From Anthoceros angustus (Eukaryota; Plantae; Anthocerotophyta): a stretch of 64,000 nucleotides of DNA. Positions 14,012 through 26,240 of the stretch are shown piece after piece. Numbering within the stretch: the stretch's first letter is position 1; every line of letters begins with the position of its first letter. The notes below the pieces were generated by a model. It was given only the letters and a program-made list of their open reading frames with translations. It ran no database searches and was not told the origin of the DNA. The stretch is taken from the NCBI GenBank assembly GCA_010909165.1, contig MU008171.1, forward strand, positions 1,302,001 to 1,366,000. The letters run 5' to 3'. A program made the position numbers and the translations under genes.

Positions 14012-14880
14012 ATATTTATTTTCTCAAAGACATGAGGAGGAGGGCGCCGGCCGCCGGGAGGTGGTGTTAGGAGGGCGCCGGCCGGCGCCCATGGCCAAGG
14101 CATGGCGTGTTGGTGGGGCGCGGCCGGCCGGCACCCAAGGGAGGGCAGGGCTGGCCACGGCCCATGGGCAAGGTGTGCTAGGGGAGGGCGCCACCGCCCA
14201 TGGGCGGTGTGCTAGGGAGGCGCGGCCGCCATGGCGTGTTAGGGGAGGGCGCCGCCGGGCCGCCCATGGCCAAGGCATGGCGTGTTGGTGGGGCCGGCCG
14301 CCCATGGGTGGTGTGTTAGGGGAGGGCGCCACCGCCCATGAGTGGCATGTTGGGAGGGCCGGCCGGCCGCGCCTCCCTAGCTCCACCCGCCGCACCGACG
14401 GTGGTGCAGGAGGGCGCCGCCGCCGGCGCCCGCCTCACAGACGCCTGTAGGCCCACCGATGGTGGTGCGGGCGCCGCCGCCACGCCAACCACCCGTAGGG
14501 TGGGCAAACGGTGGTGCGCGCTAGCGAGGGCGCCGCCGCCGGCGCCCTCCACGCCACCCGCCGGTGGGTCTACGATGGGTGGTGCGTGAGGAGGGCGCGC
14601 CGCCGGCGCCTCCGCGCCTCCACCCGCACGGCCGGTGGTGCAGAGGGCGGCGCCGCCGCCGCGCCATCCCTCCGCCAGCACCACTGTAAACCCCGACGGT
14701 GGTGCGCGGAGAGGGCGCCGCCGCCGCCTCCACGCTGCCACCAGGTGGTGCGGGGAGGGCGCGCCGGCCGGCACCCTCCCTCCCCGCACTACAGCCTTAT
14801 GCCCGACGGGTGGAGCGCGAACAGGCGCCGCCGCCGCCTCCCTCCACGTGCCCATTGTGGCCCTCCTTCCACACACCCGT
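14012..14880. repeat. Very GC/CpG-rich terminal block of family A (LTR-like); copies at 29367-30005, 34415-35250, and 49658-50220 + 58978-59250 (split by element C)
   Basis: All copies start at atatttattttctcaaagac and are built from degenerate gcccatgg/ggcgccgcc units. The block flanks each A internal region. Confidence 0.8.
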
Positions 14881-15707
14881 GACGTGGCACTTCCATCGAA
14901 AATTCGAGGCTAACCTTAGAAGCAACCTTGGAATGAAGGCTAACCTTAGAAGCAAATGCCTCAAATCGAGCCAAGATTTGGTCGGTCGAGTGTAGAGGGT
15001 ACTCCTCCTAAACATCCAGATGTGGACAAAAAGCGATAAGGGATAAGCTCATGAGTTGCGTGGCTTAATACAACCCGCGAGTCAAAGTGCCGTTGAAGAT
15101 AATGATGACAATGCAGAGAAGTCGGACCAAGTGATGACGAAGGATTGAACTCGGGATGAGTGAAATCAAATCTGCTTTTTCCCGGGTCCCGAGTTAATGT
15201 TGTAAGTCGTTGATGTTACCGTGTTAGGGAAATACCATCCATGGCTTTTGTGGTGTCATAACAAAACCACATTTTCCTCCCAAAATCGAGTTATGTACCG
15301 TCCCTTCCCGGCAGAACGGCCTTCCTCACCGCTCCTACTTTGCATTATTCTGAGGTTCGAGTTTCATACCACCATTCGACACAAACATTGCCGGATGGAA
15401 AGTAGTAACTTTATCGGTGACACCTTTTTTCGAGCTGTTTTTCGAATGCCTTCAAAACGCTGCTTTTAGGGCCCATCAATAACCCCTTCGTAGATTATTT
15501 GCGAAAACCCCTTCGTAGATTATTTGCGAAAACCCCTTCAAAATTATCATGTTCTGCCTCCCGCCTCACAGACAAGATCACACGCCCCGCCCGGATTATT
15601 TCGCCCCACGCCTGTCTTCACGATCTGCTATCTCGTGATAAAATGCACGGGCTTTATGCACCATTTACCCTAAAAATTCCTTTTAACCTCGTATCTGCGT
15701 AAGCCAT

Positions 15708-15890
15708 TCATGCGGCCCCCACCCCTATGTCGGATCGCGAAGGGCACATCGGTGATGACCACTCCATCCGTATCACCGTGAGAGGAGGCCCCAAAAACAC
15801 ATGATATCCCCGATTACATTTGTCACAAAGGATAATTAGCTCCGGGTCCGTGATGTGACCACAAAATTCGCAAGGCAAGTCAATCGGTGG
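15708..15890 (-). CDS. PHD finger at the C-terminus of family A integrase
   Basis: PCEFCGHITDPELIILCDKCNRGYHVF(C)..PPL..W.(C)PMC, a C4HC3 pattern. Repeated in copy 2 (~36060-36230) and copy 3 (~60050-60210). Confidence 0.85.
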   Translation of the reverse strand, partial: PPIDLPCEFCGHITDPELIILCDKCNRGYHVFLGPPLTVIRMEWSSPMCPSRSDIGVGAA

Positions 15891-15999
15891 TTTCCACGCC
15901 TGTCGAGTCCTCGTGTCCAAGTTAAGTGTGGCATGGTGCCAAGTGACTCATATGCTCCTTACAACGCCGCCCATCCCGTCCTTCCAATTCAATGACACC

Positions 16000-16960
16000 G
16001 CTCACCCACACTCACCACAGAAAATTAACGCCCAAGCTTACATCCAACGTGCTCAAGGCTGTAAGTACACAAAGTCCCCCACTTGAAACTTCCTCGCCTT
16101 TGGTTTCCACGAGCCACCTCGTAAAGGCATACCGAGGTGGTCCCAATGTTGGGCAATGGCTGTTGTCCATGGCCATCGGGATTACCCAACAGCCTTGGCT
16201 CGGTTTTGCAACCCAAGAGACACTCTTCCGGATTCTCGTGCCTACTAGTTTGGAATAGGTATCCGCCACAATATTTGGCATCATAGCCATTCCAAACATG
16301 ATGTAATACGGGCAAGTTGCCCAAGGCAGTAATCGATCCTATATCCCAATGCCACATATGGCAACAACTCATCCCAAAGAATGGTCTCAATCTCAAAGGT
16401 AATATTTATGGAGAGAATCCTTGAAAGTTTGCACTAACTGCGCCCAACCCACGCTTGAGGATGGTCCCAGATGTGCGTGATCTATCAGCTCGATCCAAGA
16501 ATGCTTGAATTCACCGCGAAACTCATTGCCTTGGTCCGTCAACACCTCCGCACAACTCCCATATCCACGAGAACACATCAGAAATGCCCGGTGTACTTGG
16601 AGCTCCCGATCGGGAGAAAAGCCAACTCCACCCACTTTGAAAAGTGCTCTATCATCAACATGCAATGCTTGTTGCCTTGTCTTGTCATCGCGCTCGTACA
16701 TCGTCAATGTACCATCGGAAGAACAATCCCTTGATAGGCAGCGAATGTAGTACCACATCCCGGTTAAACCTTGCCTTCACCGCATCGCACGCAAAGACAT
16801 CGCGCCACCACTGCTCCACATCGCATACATACCGACCAAAAGTATGTATTCTTCAAAGATGTGATGTGTTCTCTTGACGCCAAAATGCCCCAACGCTTTG
16901 TGCACCTTGATCACTAATGGTCTTCTTTCCTCCACGGAGGCACCTCCTTGCTCACCCTCG
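16000..16960 (-). CDS. Family A integrase (HHCC + DDE), frameshifted
   Basis: VHKALGHFGVKRT (zinc finger) and CAEVLTDQGNEFRGEF (catalytic D region). Confidence 0.85.
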
Positions 16961-17249
16961 ATCAACCACAAACACTTTACCGTCCTTGTATGTATAGCGA
17001 GCGATTCTTCGCAGCCTCGGAGGGCCATCATCCACATCGCCCACATGCCCATCCCTCAACAATCGAATGGCATGCTCGAGCTTCCATATGTCTCGACCCC
17101 TTCCGACGGCCGCTCACCGCTTGCTTCTATGGACATCAATGCCAAATATACACCGGCACGCGTCAGAGATCCGAAATCTTGTCTCGCCCAAGTGGTGTCT
17201 TCGCCCCACACATCGGGTTCCTCTGAGCCCACTCCAAGATTGAGATGCA

Positions 17250-18450
17250 CCTTTCCCCGCCGGTACAATTTGCATGTCATATTCGGATAGCAACAAAGCC
17301 CACCTAGCAAGCTTCCCGCTTCATGTTGGTCATCACCGGTCACGTTGGTGATGGTCCGTGACCAACGAAAACTTCACGAATACACTCAAAATGCAACCGA
17401 TACCGCAGCAAGACACTCTCCTCATAAGACGAGTAATTCGCCTCCGCAGCAGAGACCGCCTGCCAGTATGCCACAACCCGCTCTTTCCTTCCTCATCGCT
17501 TGGGCAAGCACGGCCCAATGCCTACCGCACCTAACTGTGATATAGGACGTAAGGGCCCGTGTTGGGCCTTTTAAGCATTGGCCTCTCGCCAACTACTCCT
17601 TCAACTCGTGCCACGCTTGCTCCCCGCCTCCGCCTCCCAAAGGCTAATGGGCTTCTTGAGCAACTCAGATAACGGCTTGTAGGTTTTGCTCATGTTTCTT
17701 ATAAACCGACGATAGTAGTTCACCAACCCCAAGAATGCTCTCAAGGCTATATCTTTCGGTCGGGCATGAGACTCACCGCTCGACTTTGGCCAAACTCGTA
17801 AGAAGCCTCCGGTACAATCTTATGCCCCAAGTAGTCTATCTCCTTGTATGCGAACTTGCATTTCTTGGGATGGGCCTTCAATTTGGGCTGTTACAAGAGC
17901 ACTTGTAAGTGCTCAAGGTGTTCTTCCAAGCTACTGCTAAACACCAAGATATCATCGATGTAGCACTTGACAAAAGCTAGTCCTTGCAGCTCCAAATCAG
18001 CCACTTGTTGAAAATAGATGGACGCGTTCTTCAATCCGAATGGCATGGTCTCCCACTCCCACAGCTGCTCTTTGCCCCAAAACGCTGTCTTACACTTGTC
18101 TTTCTCCTCAATCACAATCTGATTGAACCGGATCGAAAATCAAGGGTGATGAAGTATTTGGCCTCCAATAGCGCCAAAGATCTTGTCGAGTGGGCATGGG
18201 ATACCGCTCCATGGGCGTTATTTCATCTGTGGCTCGTAATCCCCACACATTCTCCTATCCTTCCATTCCCCATGCTCATCCTTCTTGAGTGGCAACACAG
18301 AGTCGCAAAGATATTGCGAGGTCGACTTGATCAGCTCGCCGCTCAGCCTCCTTGCACCGCTTGTCTCGACATCCCATTCCACGGGACTCGCTTTGTGTCT
18401 TCTTCGAAACATGGTTCATTGGTGGTCGTGGTGATCTTGAACTTGATGCG
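17250..18450 (-). CDS. Family A reverse transcriptase + RNase H, frameshifted
   Basis: [65 protein letters not shown] (clearest in copy 2, 38018-38281), and the RNase H segment FSLVTDH. Confidence 0.92.
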
Positions 18451-18689
18451 ATCATACTCTCAACTCGCCCAACCGAACGCAAAGGTGCCTCGATTTCGAG
18501 TAACATGTTTCGGATCCTTTGCCGCTCAGCCGGTTGCAAATCTTCACATATTTGCCAATCATCGGCCGGACTCTCATGGTTCCTTTCCTATGGCGAGGGA
18601 ACAGAGGTTGCCGTGTTGGCGGCATGTTCTTGCTTTTCAGGTGCAGATGTAGGTTCATCTTTTCCGTCACAGATCATCAGATGCTCCTT

Positions 18690-18819
18690 GCCATCCTTTC
18701 GACACATGGCTATCTGTATGGCCAAGCCTGCAGATATCAACCATTGCATACAAGTCATGTCGAAGGCTTGCCCGATCAACCTGCACCGGAATGATTCAGA
18801 CACACCATGCGTGTAAGTG
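18690..18819 (-). CDS. C-terminal part (motif X) of family A DNA cytosine methyltransferase, copy 1
   Basis: TYTHGVSESFRCRLIGQAFDMTCMQWL resembles DNMT3 motif X (RQRLLGRSW). It is contiguous with motif IX at the empty site in copy 3 (~63004). Confidence 0.8.
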
Positions 18820-20758
18820 TGTGGAGTGTGAATTTTGTCTAGGGACACCGTGAGGTCCACATTCACCCTCAATGTCGTTGTAGGCTTAGGATTCGCTCCC
18901 AAGGGAATGGTTTGTGCCAAGAGACGCTAACTTCTATCGCCATCGACCTTCACCTAAGTCGGGACTTACCGCTATTACTCTCTTACCTATCTACTCAACT
19001 ACTACTACCTCCCGACTTGTCTAACTACCATGATCTTATTCCACAACCACAATCTTATTCCACGACCACAAATCTTATTCCACGACCGCAAATCTTATTC
19101 CACGCGTGGCTCTCACCACTACCGGTAGTTGCTTGACTACCGAGGTGGGTCCCACGCCAAACCCTAGCGACTTATTTCCGACCGGATCTCGCCACGGGCG
19201 TACCACTGCGCACAGATCGACTTTATTCTCGCACTCCACACTTCATGCACACACACACCGATTCCTAGGGACCAAAGTTCCACAAATCCTCACCGCTCAC
19301 ACACACAAAGGGCGCCACACTCACACAATTTTACAAGGAACTGTTTCCTCTTGTGCACACTTCCACCAACAAAGACCGGTTTGGATTCTTTTGGATCCAC
19401 ACAAATCTCCACCGTTAGTCTCTCAATTAGTTCCCTTCTCAACTCCTCTTACACCTCGTGATCGCTGATTGTTCATCACTCCTTCACCCAATCTTCTCTC
19501 TCTCTCTCTCCCTCAATTCCACAAGCTTCCAACCATCCACTCAACACTTCTCTCTCAATTTGAACACAACGGGAACAAGGGTGAAGGAAAGAAGAACCCC
19601 GGCGTCAGGGCGAGCAAGCTCCACCCGCCCCAATCCCTTGGTTTCCTCCTCCTTTGTCAAGATTGCTCTATCACCCTCCTCCTCCTCCATGAGCAAGCTC
19701 GACCACCCCTAGGAGCGCCTCGCACACCACCTCGTAATCGGACGTCTCCAACCAGCCACAGCGTGGGGATCTCAACCAGAGTTATCGATGTGAGGGGCAC
19801 AACCAAGCCCCTTTATACAATTGTTGGGCCATAGCCACCGACTTTCCAGTCCTAAAACGGTGAACGCCAAGAGGCGCCTACAATTTCGGACCTTAGGTCC
19901 AAGATGGCATCCTATCCAAAGTTCTATTCCTAGGATGCCACTACTCCCCGCCCATGTTATCTCCGCACCCTCCGATTTGGTCGCCTGGCCCTTCGTCCTT
20001 TGCTGAATTTATGGGTCCTCCTTCCTCGTCGATCCGAAAATCCTCCCATAAACTCTCCACGTTTTCCATGATCCCAAGTCCCAGCTCCCTCACCAATCCT
20101 CCACCTCGGACCCTCCAATGGTCCATATTTGGCCATTGGGCGTCAAATTTCACAACCTTGGGCGCCATGCTCTGCAAAACCCTCACCGCCCACAGCCTCG
20201 TTAATAACTCCAATCAACTTGGTCAATCCCCAGGGTTTCTTCCTTCCAGAATCGCGAGCTCCGCCGCCGCCTGTCGCCCTTCGTGCGAGCTCGTGCCTGT
20301 CGATCGTCTGAGCTACTGCCGCGCCGTGCCTTTCCGAGTTCCCTTAGGGTTATATTTCCCGAACCCTCCAACGCTACCACTTCTTCCGCGACCGCTCCTT
20401 CCTTCCACGACCGCCGCCAACCGTCAAACATAGTCCCCGTGACACCCGACCACACCATTCAACTACCGCGGTTGGTTCGACCTCTAGCCTACTACCAAAT
20501 ATGGGGACCCCCCCATATATAGGCCTTTTATTAAATATTCCAAGACCAAAGGCCAAGGAGTATCGAGTTCATAGTCCAAGGACCGATTATTATTTAACCC
20601 AAAACAACCCAAAACTCATAGGTCAAGGACACTTCTGCTATAAATATCCCTTCCTACTGACAACCCAGCTCTTCTTGACACCAAACTTAGCAGAAAAAAA
20701 CAAAAAATCACTCAAAGACACAATCCAACAGGGAGTTTCGAAATCCAGATCGTTTACA
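18820..20758 (-). repeat. Family B 3' LTR (copy 1)
   Basis: TGTGGAGTG...GTTTACA, matches 24291-26240. Contains 3-4 tandem ~19-bp units aatcttattccacgaccac (~19032-19103) and a CT microsatellite. Confidence 0.9.
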
Positions 20759-20772
20759 TACTCCCCTTCTCA
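20759..20772 (-). promoter_or_regulatory. Polypurine tract of element B
   Basis: Minus strand TGAGAAGGGGAGTA directly abuts the TGTAAAC start of the 3' LTR. Confidence 0.8.
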
Positions 20773-23700
20773 TTTGTTGGCGCCCTCGCCAACTCATGTG
20801 TAGTATTTCTTAAGTCTCCAACCGTTGACCTTGGTTGGTAGGGGTCGCCCATCTAACTGTTGGAGCTGTATGGAGCCATTTGCGAAAACCTGGAAGACTT
20901 TATATGGTCCCATCCATTGAAGGTGAAGCTTGCCTGGAAAATGCATATATCTGTCATATAGCAGGGTCAAGTCACGGGGTATCACCCACAACCTTTCGCT
21001 TCCGTCCGGTCCCGCCTGATATAAGCTGTCTCTGTGGCGGACAAATGGACTCGAATAATGCCGAGGCATCGTTGTTGCCTTGAAAGGTCCGAGGATGCTT
21101 TGTGAACTCAAATATTTACGAATAAGTAGGCCTGGTGTATCCGGATCTCCTTCTCATTTACCGCCACCACCATCACTTGCCGTCTTCCGATTCTCGCAGC
21201 CGCTTCCCCTCCATCTCGCCAACGCTTCATCGGGAAGAACTTCCACATCCGTCCCACCACCTTCCACACGCTGCTCCACCTTCCACTACCGCAGAGTACC
21301 TTCCACACCGCATTCAATCACTCCATAACAACCCACCAGTGATGGAGTGGGGAATGTCTCTTCGATAGTCCCGCTCTTCATCCGACCAAGAAATGTGGGC
21401 AAACGGAACTTCTCTTTCTCATCCTCCTCCCCAAATGTGTCTTCTGAGGTATAGCCATCTGTTCCGTGGCGTCTCTCTGCGTCGTATCTCGACTCCAAGA
21501 TAAACATATCCTCCCTTCCTTAACCTTGGGGTCCCAGTCCAGGTTTGAAGCCCACTTCCTTCCTTGCCCACTTGAAGGTACAGGCCCATACATCCACGTC
21601 CGCCAATCAAAACGTCATATCCGGAGCTTTCGTTTGATGACCACATAGTCCATAAGAGGAATGGTACCAATATGGGTTAGAACTCGACTCCCCACGGTCA
21701 TCTGGACATGTCCGCAAGACGCAGACCTTGGATGTGTGTTCTATCTCCAAACTTCCGAGTGTCCTCCGTCATGATGTTGACCCTGCACCCGAATCCGAGG
21801 TACTTTCTTGATAACGCATCCCGAGATTTCTATCTCAGCCTGCGACCTTGGTCGACCATGGCCACCATGTTCACAAGGGGCCTCGGCCTTGTTTTGGGAA
21901 GGGTCCTCTTCTTGGGTTGCTGCCTTCAATGCCCACCGGATCTGGCGGTACCTCGGATTGTCCCCGAGAAGTGTCCAAATGTTATCATGAATTTTTGGTC
22001 CATGATGGCCTCCGATTGAAAGGGCCATTGGTGTGTTCTCCCTTCTCGCGCCAACCCCACTCGTTTCAACAACCACGAGCTCTGTGTCATCGGCCAGCGG
22101 TGATGGGGTTGGGTGGTGAGGGTGGTGTGTGGTGGTCTGTTCTCTCTCGGATCATCTCCATGACTTCCTTCGACATCGGCGCGCCTAACTCATCCTTCTT
22201 TCTCTCCCGGGTTTTCGCGATGTCGACTCGAGTTCCACCCTCCTCCCCAAATGTGTCTTCTTTTCGACGTCATCCTCGAATCCGGGTTCGCTAAGGAGTT
22301 ACATCGTGGTGCCCCAAAATCGCACTTTGCAGTGTGACGCCCATGCCTTGCCCCGTCCACCGGATTCGCATGCCTCCCTTCCTTCCTCCATCCGAGTCCT
22401 CGTTGGCATTTTGTGGCTGGACCCCTTCCTTCCTCGCCGATGAAGACGACTTCCTCCTCACCTCCGATGTTATGGAGGCTCCAATCCTTCCTTCTTTCTC
22501 TTCTTTCCCCGTTCCCCCCTCCTGAGGGCGTCCACCTTCCTCTCGCTCTCGTGCCCATGGCGGAGTTTCATAATACCCGCCATCCATATCCCCAAACTTC
22601 TCTCAACATGGCCTCCGAATCCTCCCATACTGCCATGAGCGCATCTTCGATTTGCATCGCTGGTAACGGATTTTGCTCCATGGGTGGGTGGGTTGCAGTT
22701 GAGCAATCCTCACATGTTTTTCGGCGACAGAACAGCCCGCCACATGTCCCCGATTGCTTGCAATCCACACTGCCTCTCAAAATCACCATTTCGGCGAGAT
22801 GCGACACACTGCAAGATGCAACGGCAATTGTAACGAATGGCACTCATTTGCCCGGGTTCCTTGCCATCGATTGCGAATGCCCATGGTGGAGTTTCGTAAA
22901 CTTGAGGGTACAAAGTCTTGGTACCAAAGGTGTCGCCTCTTGAATTTGGTATGTATCTTCCAAGCACATCTCCTCCTCCTCTTCCTCGTAGCCAGTTGCA
23001 CCTTCGTTTGAGATTCGACCTCGAGTGCCCTGTCTGCAAGTTGAGGAAGAGAGCCGCCGCTCCAGTGCCCTTCTCCTCTCGTGGTCTTTTATGGCATTGA
23101 GATGAAGTTTCTCGGTTTGGCCATCATTTCCTCCATCTTGTTCCCTTGTTGCTCCACCTTTTGGCTGCTGTTTCCACCTCTCTTCTCACCGCTCCGTCCT
23201 TCTTTGCATACCAGCTCCTTTCCTGCGCGGCGTCTTAGTTCCCACTCATTTTTCGTTCCTTCTTTCTCTCCTTTACCGCCATCTCTCACGAATCTTCCTC
23301 CGAGCTATCACGGGTCTCTTCTTCCGTGTGGAACTATCCGAGGAGTCTGAAGAGCTATCTTCCTCCGTGGAAGCATCGGAGGATGAGTAGTACTTCTTCT
23401 TCTTCGGATTTCTTCTTGTCTCCGTATCCCCTTCTTGATTTCTTTCTCCGCATTGGACTCCTCGTAGTTCGAGCCTTGATCGCCCGATCCAAGTCTTTCT
23501 CTGAGACGACGCGTGCTTTCCCATCTCCGGCCTCTTGCAGAACCAGCGGATTGCCATTAACTCCGAGTGAGGTCCAGATCACGTGTGGAACCTTTCCACA
23601 TAAGCTGCGGTCTCCTTCTTCCTCTCCGCATCCTCGAGTTTGGACATATCCTTCCACATCGACTCCTCCGAACCTTTCACAAAAGCCTCTTCAAGGCCCC

Positions 23701-24271
23701 AAAGGTAGTTGGGGTGTGGAAGAAGCGAGATACTCGCTTGTACCACTTGGCCGCGCCGCAAGACTCATAAACATGGGCACGTTGCATCCTCCTCTGTTGG
23801 CAAGCGCTCAAAACGCCGACAAACTCGTCGGGATCCTCATGGCCCTTCTTCTCCATACAACGGGTAAGATTGCTTAGTGGTAACAACTACCGGAGTAGTA
23901 GTCATAGCTACCGTGGTAGTACTTTCAACATGCGCGGTGATACAACTACCCGGCCTCGGGCTTCTACATTCAAAAGTTTGACTGATTGCGAGGCAAGAAC
24001 GGAGATTGAAAGGCGGGTTGGGGTACCGGCCCTTGTACCGCTCCGAGAGTTGGGAATCTGAGTGATCGATCCGATTCCCCTCGACTGCCCTCTTCCTCGT
24101 CGTGTGATCTCCTCGCTCTCTCCTTGACTGCAACCTTTCCGCTTGGCGTTGTCGCTTGCCAAAGCGTTTCCCCGATCGGACTTGTCTTCACCCGAGGCAT
24201 CCATCTATCAATCTAGTAATGCTAGACTCTACTTAGGCTATGGTTAGTTCTACCACGTCCTTGTGATTTCA

Positions 24272-24290
24272 TTCCCGAACGGCGCCAAAA
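24272..24290 (-). promoter_or_regulatory. Primer-binding site of element B, tRNA-Asp-like (Athila-type)
   Basis: Minus strand TTTTGGCGCCGTTCGGGAA just inside the 5' LTR, similar to the Athila PBS TGGCGCCGTTGCCGGGGA. Confidence 0.7.
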
Positions 24291-26240
24291 TGTGGAGTGA
24301 ATTTGTGTCTAGGGACACCGTGAGGTCCACATTCACCCTCAATGTCGTTGTAGGCTTAGGATTCGCTCCCAAGGGAATGGTTTGTGCCAAGAGACGCTAA
24401 CTTCTATCACATCGACCTTCACCTAAGTCGACTTACTGCTATTACTCCTCTTACCTATCTACTCAACTACTACTACCTCCCGACTTGTCTAACTACCATG
24501 ATCTTATTCCACAACCACGAATCTTATTCCACGACCACAAATCTTATTCCACGACAAATCTTATTCCACGCGGTGGCTCTCACCACTACCGGTAGTTGCT
24601 TGACTACCGAGGTGGGTCCCACGCCAAACCCTAGCGACTTATTTCGACCGGATCCGCCACGCGGCTACCACCGTGCAGATCGACTTTATTCGTGACTCCA
24701 CACTTCATGCACACACACACCGATTCCTAGGGACCAAAGTTCCACAAATCCCTCACCGCCACACACACACAAAGGGCGCCACACTCACACAATTTTACAA
24801 GGAACTGTTTCCTCTTGTGCACTTCCACCAACAGACCGGTTTGGATTCTTTTGGATCCACACAAATCTCCACCGTTAGTCTCTCAATTAGTTCCCTTCTC
24901 AACTCCTCTTACACCTCGTGATCTGATTGTTCAGTCACTCCTTCACCCAATCTTCTCTCTCTCTCTCTCTCTCAATTCGCCCAGCTTCCAACCATCCACT
25001 CAACACTTCTCTCTCAATTTGAACACAAGAACAAGGGTGAAGGAAAGAAGAACCCCGGCCACAGCGCTGAGCAAGCTCCGCCCCGCGCCAATCCCTTGGT
25101 TTCCTCCTCCCGCCAAGATTGCTCTATCACCCTCCTCCCCGGTTGGAGCAAGCTCGACCACCCCTAGGAGCGCCTCGCGACACCACCTCTCCTAATGGAC
25201 GTCTCCAACCAGCCACAGCGTGGGGATCTCAACCAGAGTTATCTCGATGTGAGGGGCACAACCAAGCCCCTTTATACAATTCGGGCGTCATAGCCACCGA
25301 CTTTCCAGTCCTAAAAGCCGAACGCCAAGAGGCGCCTACAATTGGACCTTAGGTCCAAGATGGCATCCTATCCAAAGTTCTATTCCTAGGATGCCACTAC
25401 CGCCCATGTTATCTCCGCACCCTCCGATTTGGTCGCTGGCCCTTCGTCCTTTGCTGAATTTATGGGTCCTCCTTCCTTGATCCGAAAATCCTCCCATAAA
25501 CTCTCCATTTGTTTTTCCATGATCCCAAGTCCCGGCTCCCTCACCAATCCTCCACCTCGGACCCTCCAATGGTCCATATTTGGCCATTGGGCCAAATTTC
25601 ACTGCAACCTTGGGCGCCATGCTCTGCAAAACCCTCACGCCCACAAAATTGCTGATAACTCGCCTCGAATCTCCAACTTGGTCAATCCCCGTGGTTTCTT
25701 CCTTCCAGAATCGCGAGCTCCGCCGCCACTGTGGCTGCCCTTCTGACCTCGTGCGAGCTCGTGCTGTGGATCGTCTGAGCTACCGCCAGCCCGTGCCTTC
25801 CGAGTTCCCTTAGGGTTATATTTCCCGGAAACTCTGGCCTACGCCGCTACCACTTCTTCCGCGACCGCTCCTTCCTTCCACGACCGCCCGTTCGCCAACC
25901 GTCTTGAAACATAGTCCTGACACCCGACCACACCACACAATTCAACTACCCGGTTGGTTCGACCTCTAGCCTACGGACCTCGCCAAATATGGGGACCCCT
26001 CATATATAGGCCTTTTATTAAATATTCCAAGACCAAAGGCCAAGGAGTATCGAGTTCATAGTCCAAGGACCGATTATTATTTAACCCAAACAACCCCAAA
26101 ACTCATAGGCCAAGGACACTTTCTACTATAAATATCCCTTCCTACTCATAACCTAGCTCTTCTTGACACCAAACTTAACAAAAACAAAAATCACTCAAAG
26201 ACACAATCCAATGTGGAGTTTCCAATACCGATCGCTTACA
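24291..26240 (-). repeat. Family B 5' LTR (copy 1)
   Basis: TGTGGAGTG...GCTTACA, a direct repeat of 18820-20758. Confidence 0.9.

Larger units (their letters stand above)
18820..26240 (-). mobile_element. Non-autonomous LTR retrotransposon family B, copy 1 (gag/zinc knuckle, protease remnant, integrase C-terminal fragment; no RT/RH)
   Basis: Two ~1.94-kb LTRs with TG...CA ends, 5-bp TSD AAGTG at 18815-18819 and 26241-26245, PBS and PPT. Internal 20794-21111 encodes GKLHLQWMGPYKV..NGWRLKKYY (integrase GPY tail). Confidence 0.92.

Noticed and set aside
14024-14995. Many overlapping Ala/Gly/Arg/Pro-rich ORFs in the GC blocks (also 29371-30046, 34594-35427, 49662-50263)
   Set aside because: Stop-codon scarcity in GC-rich repeats; frames are not conserved between copies.
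17984-18816. Long plus-strand ORFs opposite pol/gag (also 23326-23877, 42158-42787)
   Set aside because: Antisense shadows of retrotransposon coding sequence; not conserved between copies.
19030-19105. 19-bp repeats in the B LTR and 22-bp repeats at 10661 as a CRISPR-like array
   Set aside because: Tandem units with no unique spacers, eukaryotic context, no cas genes.
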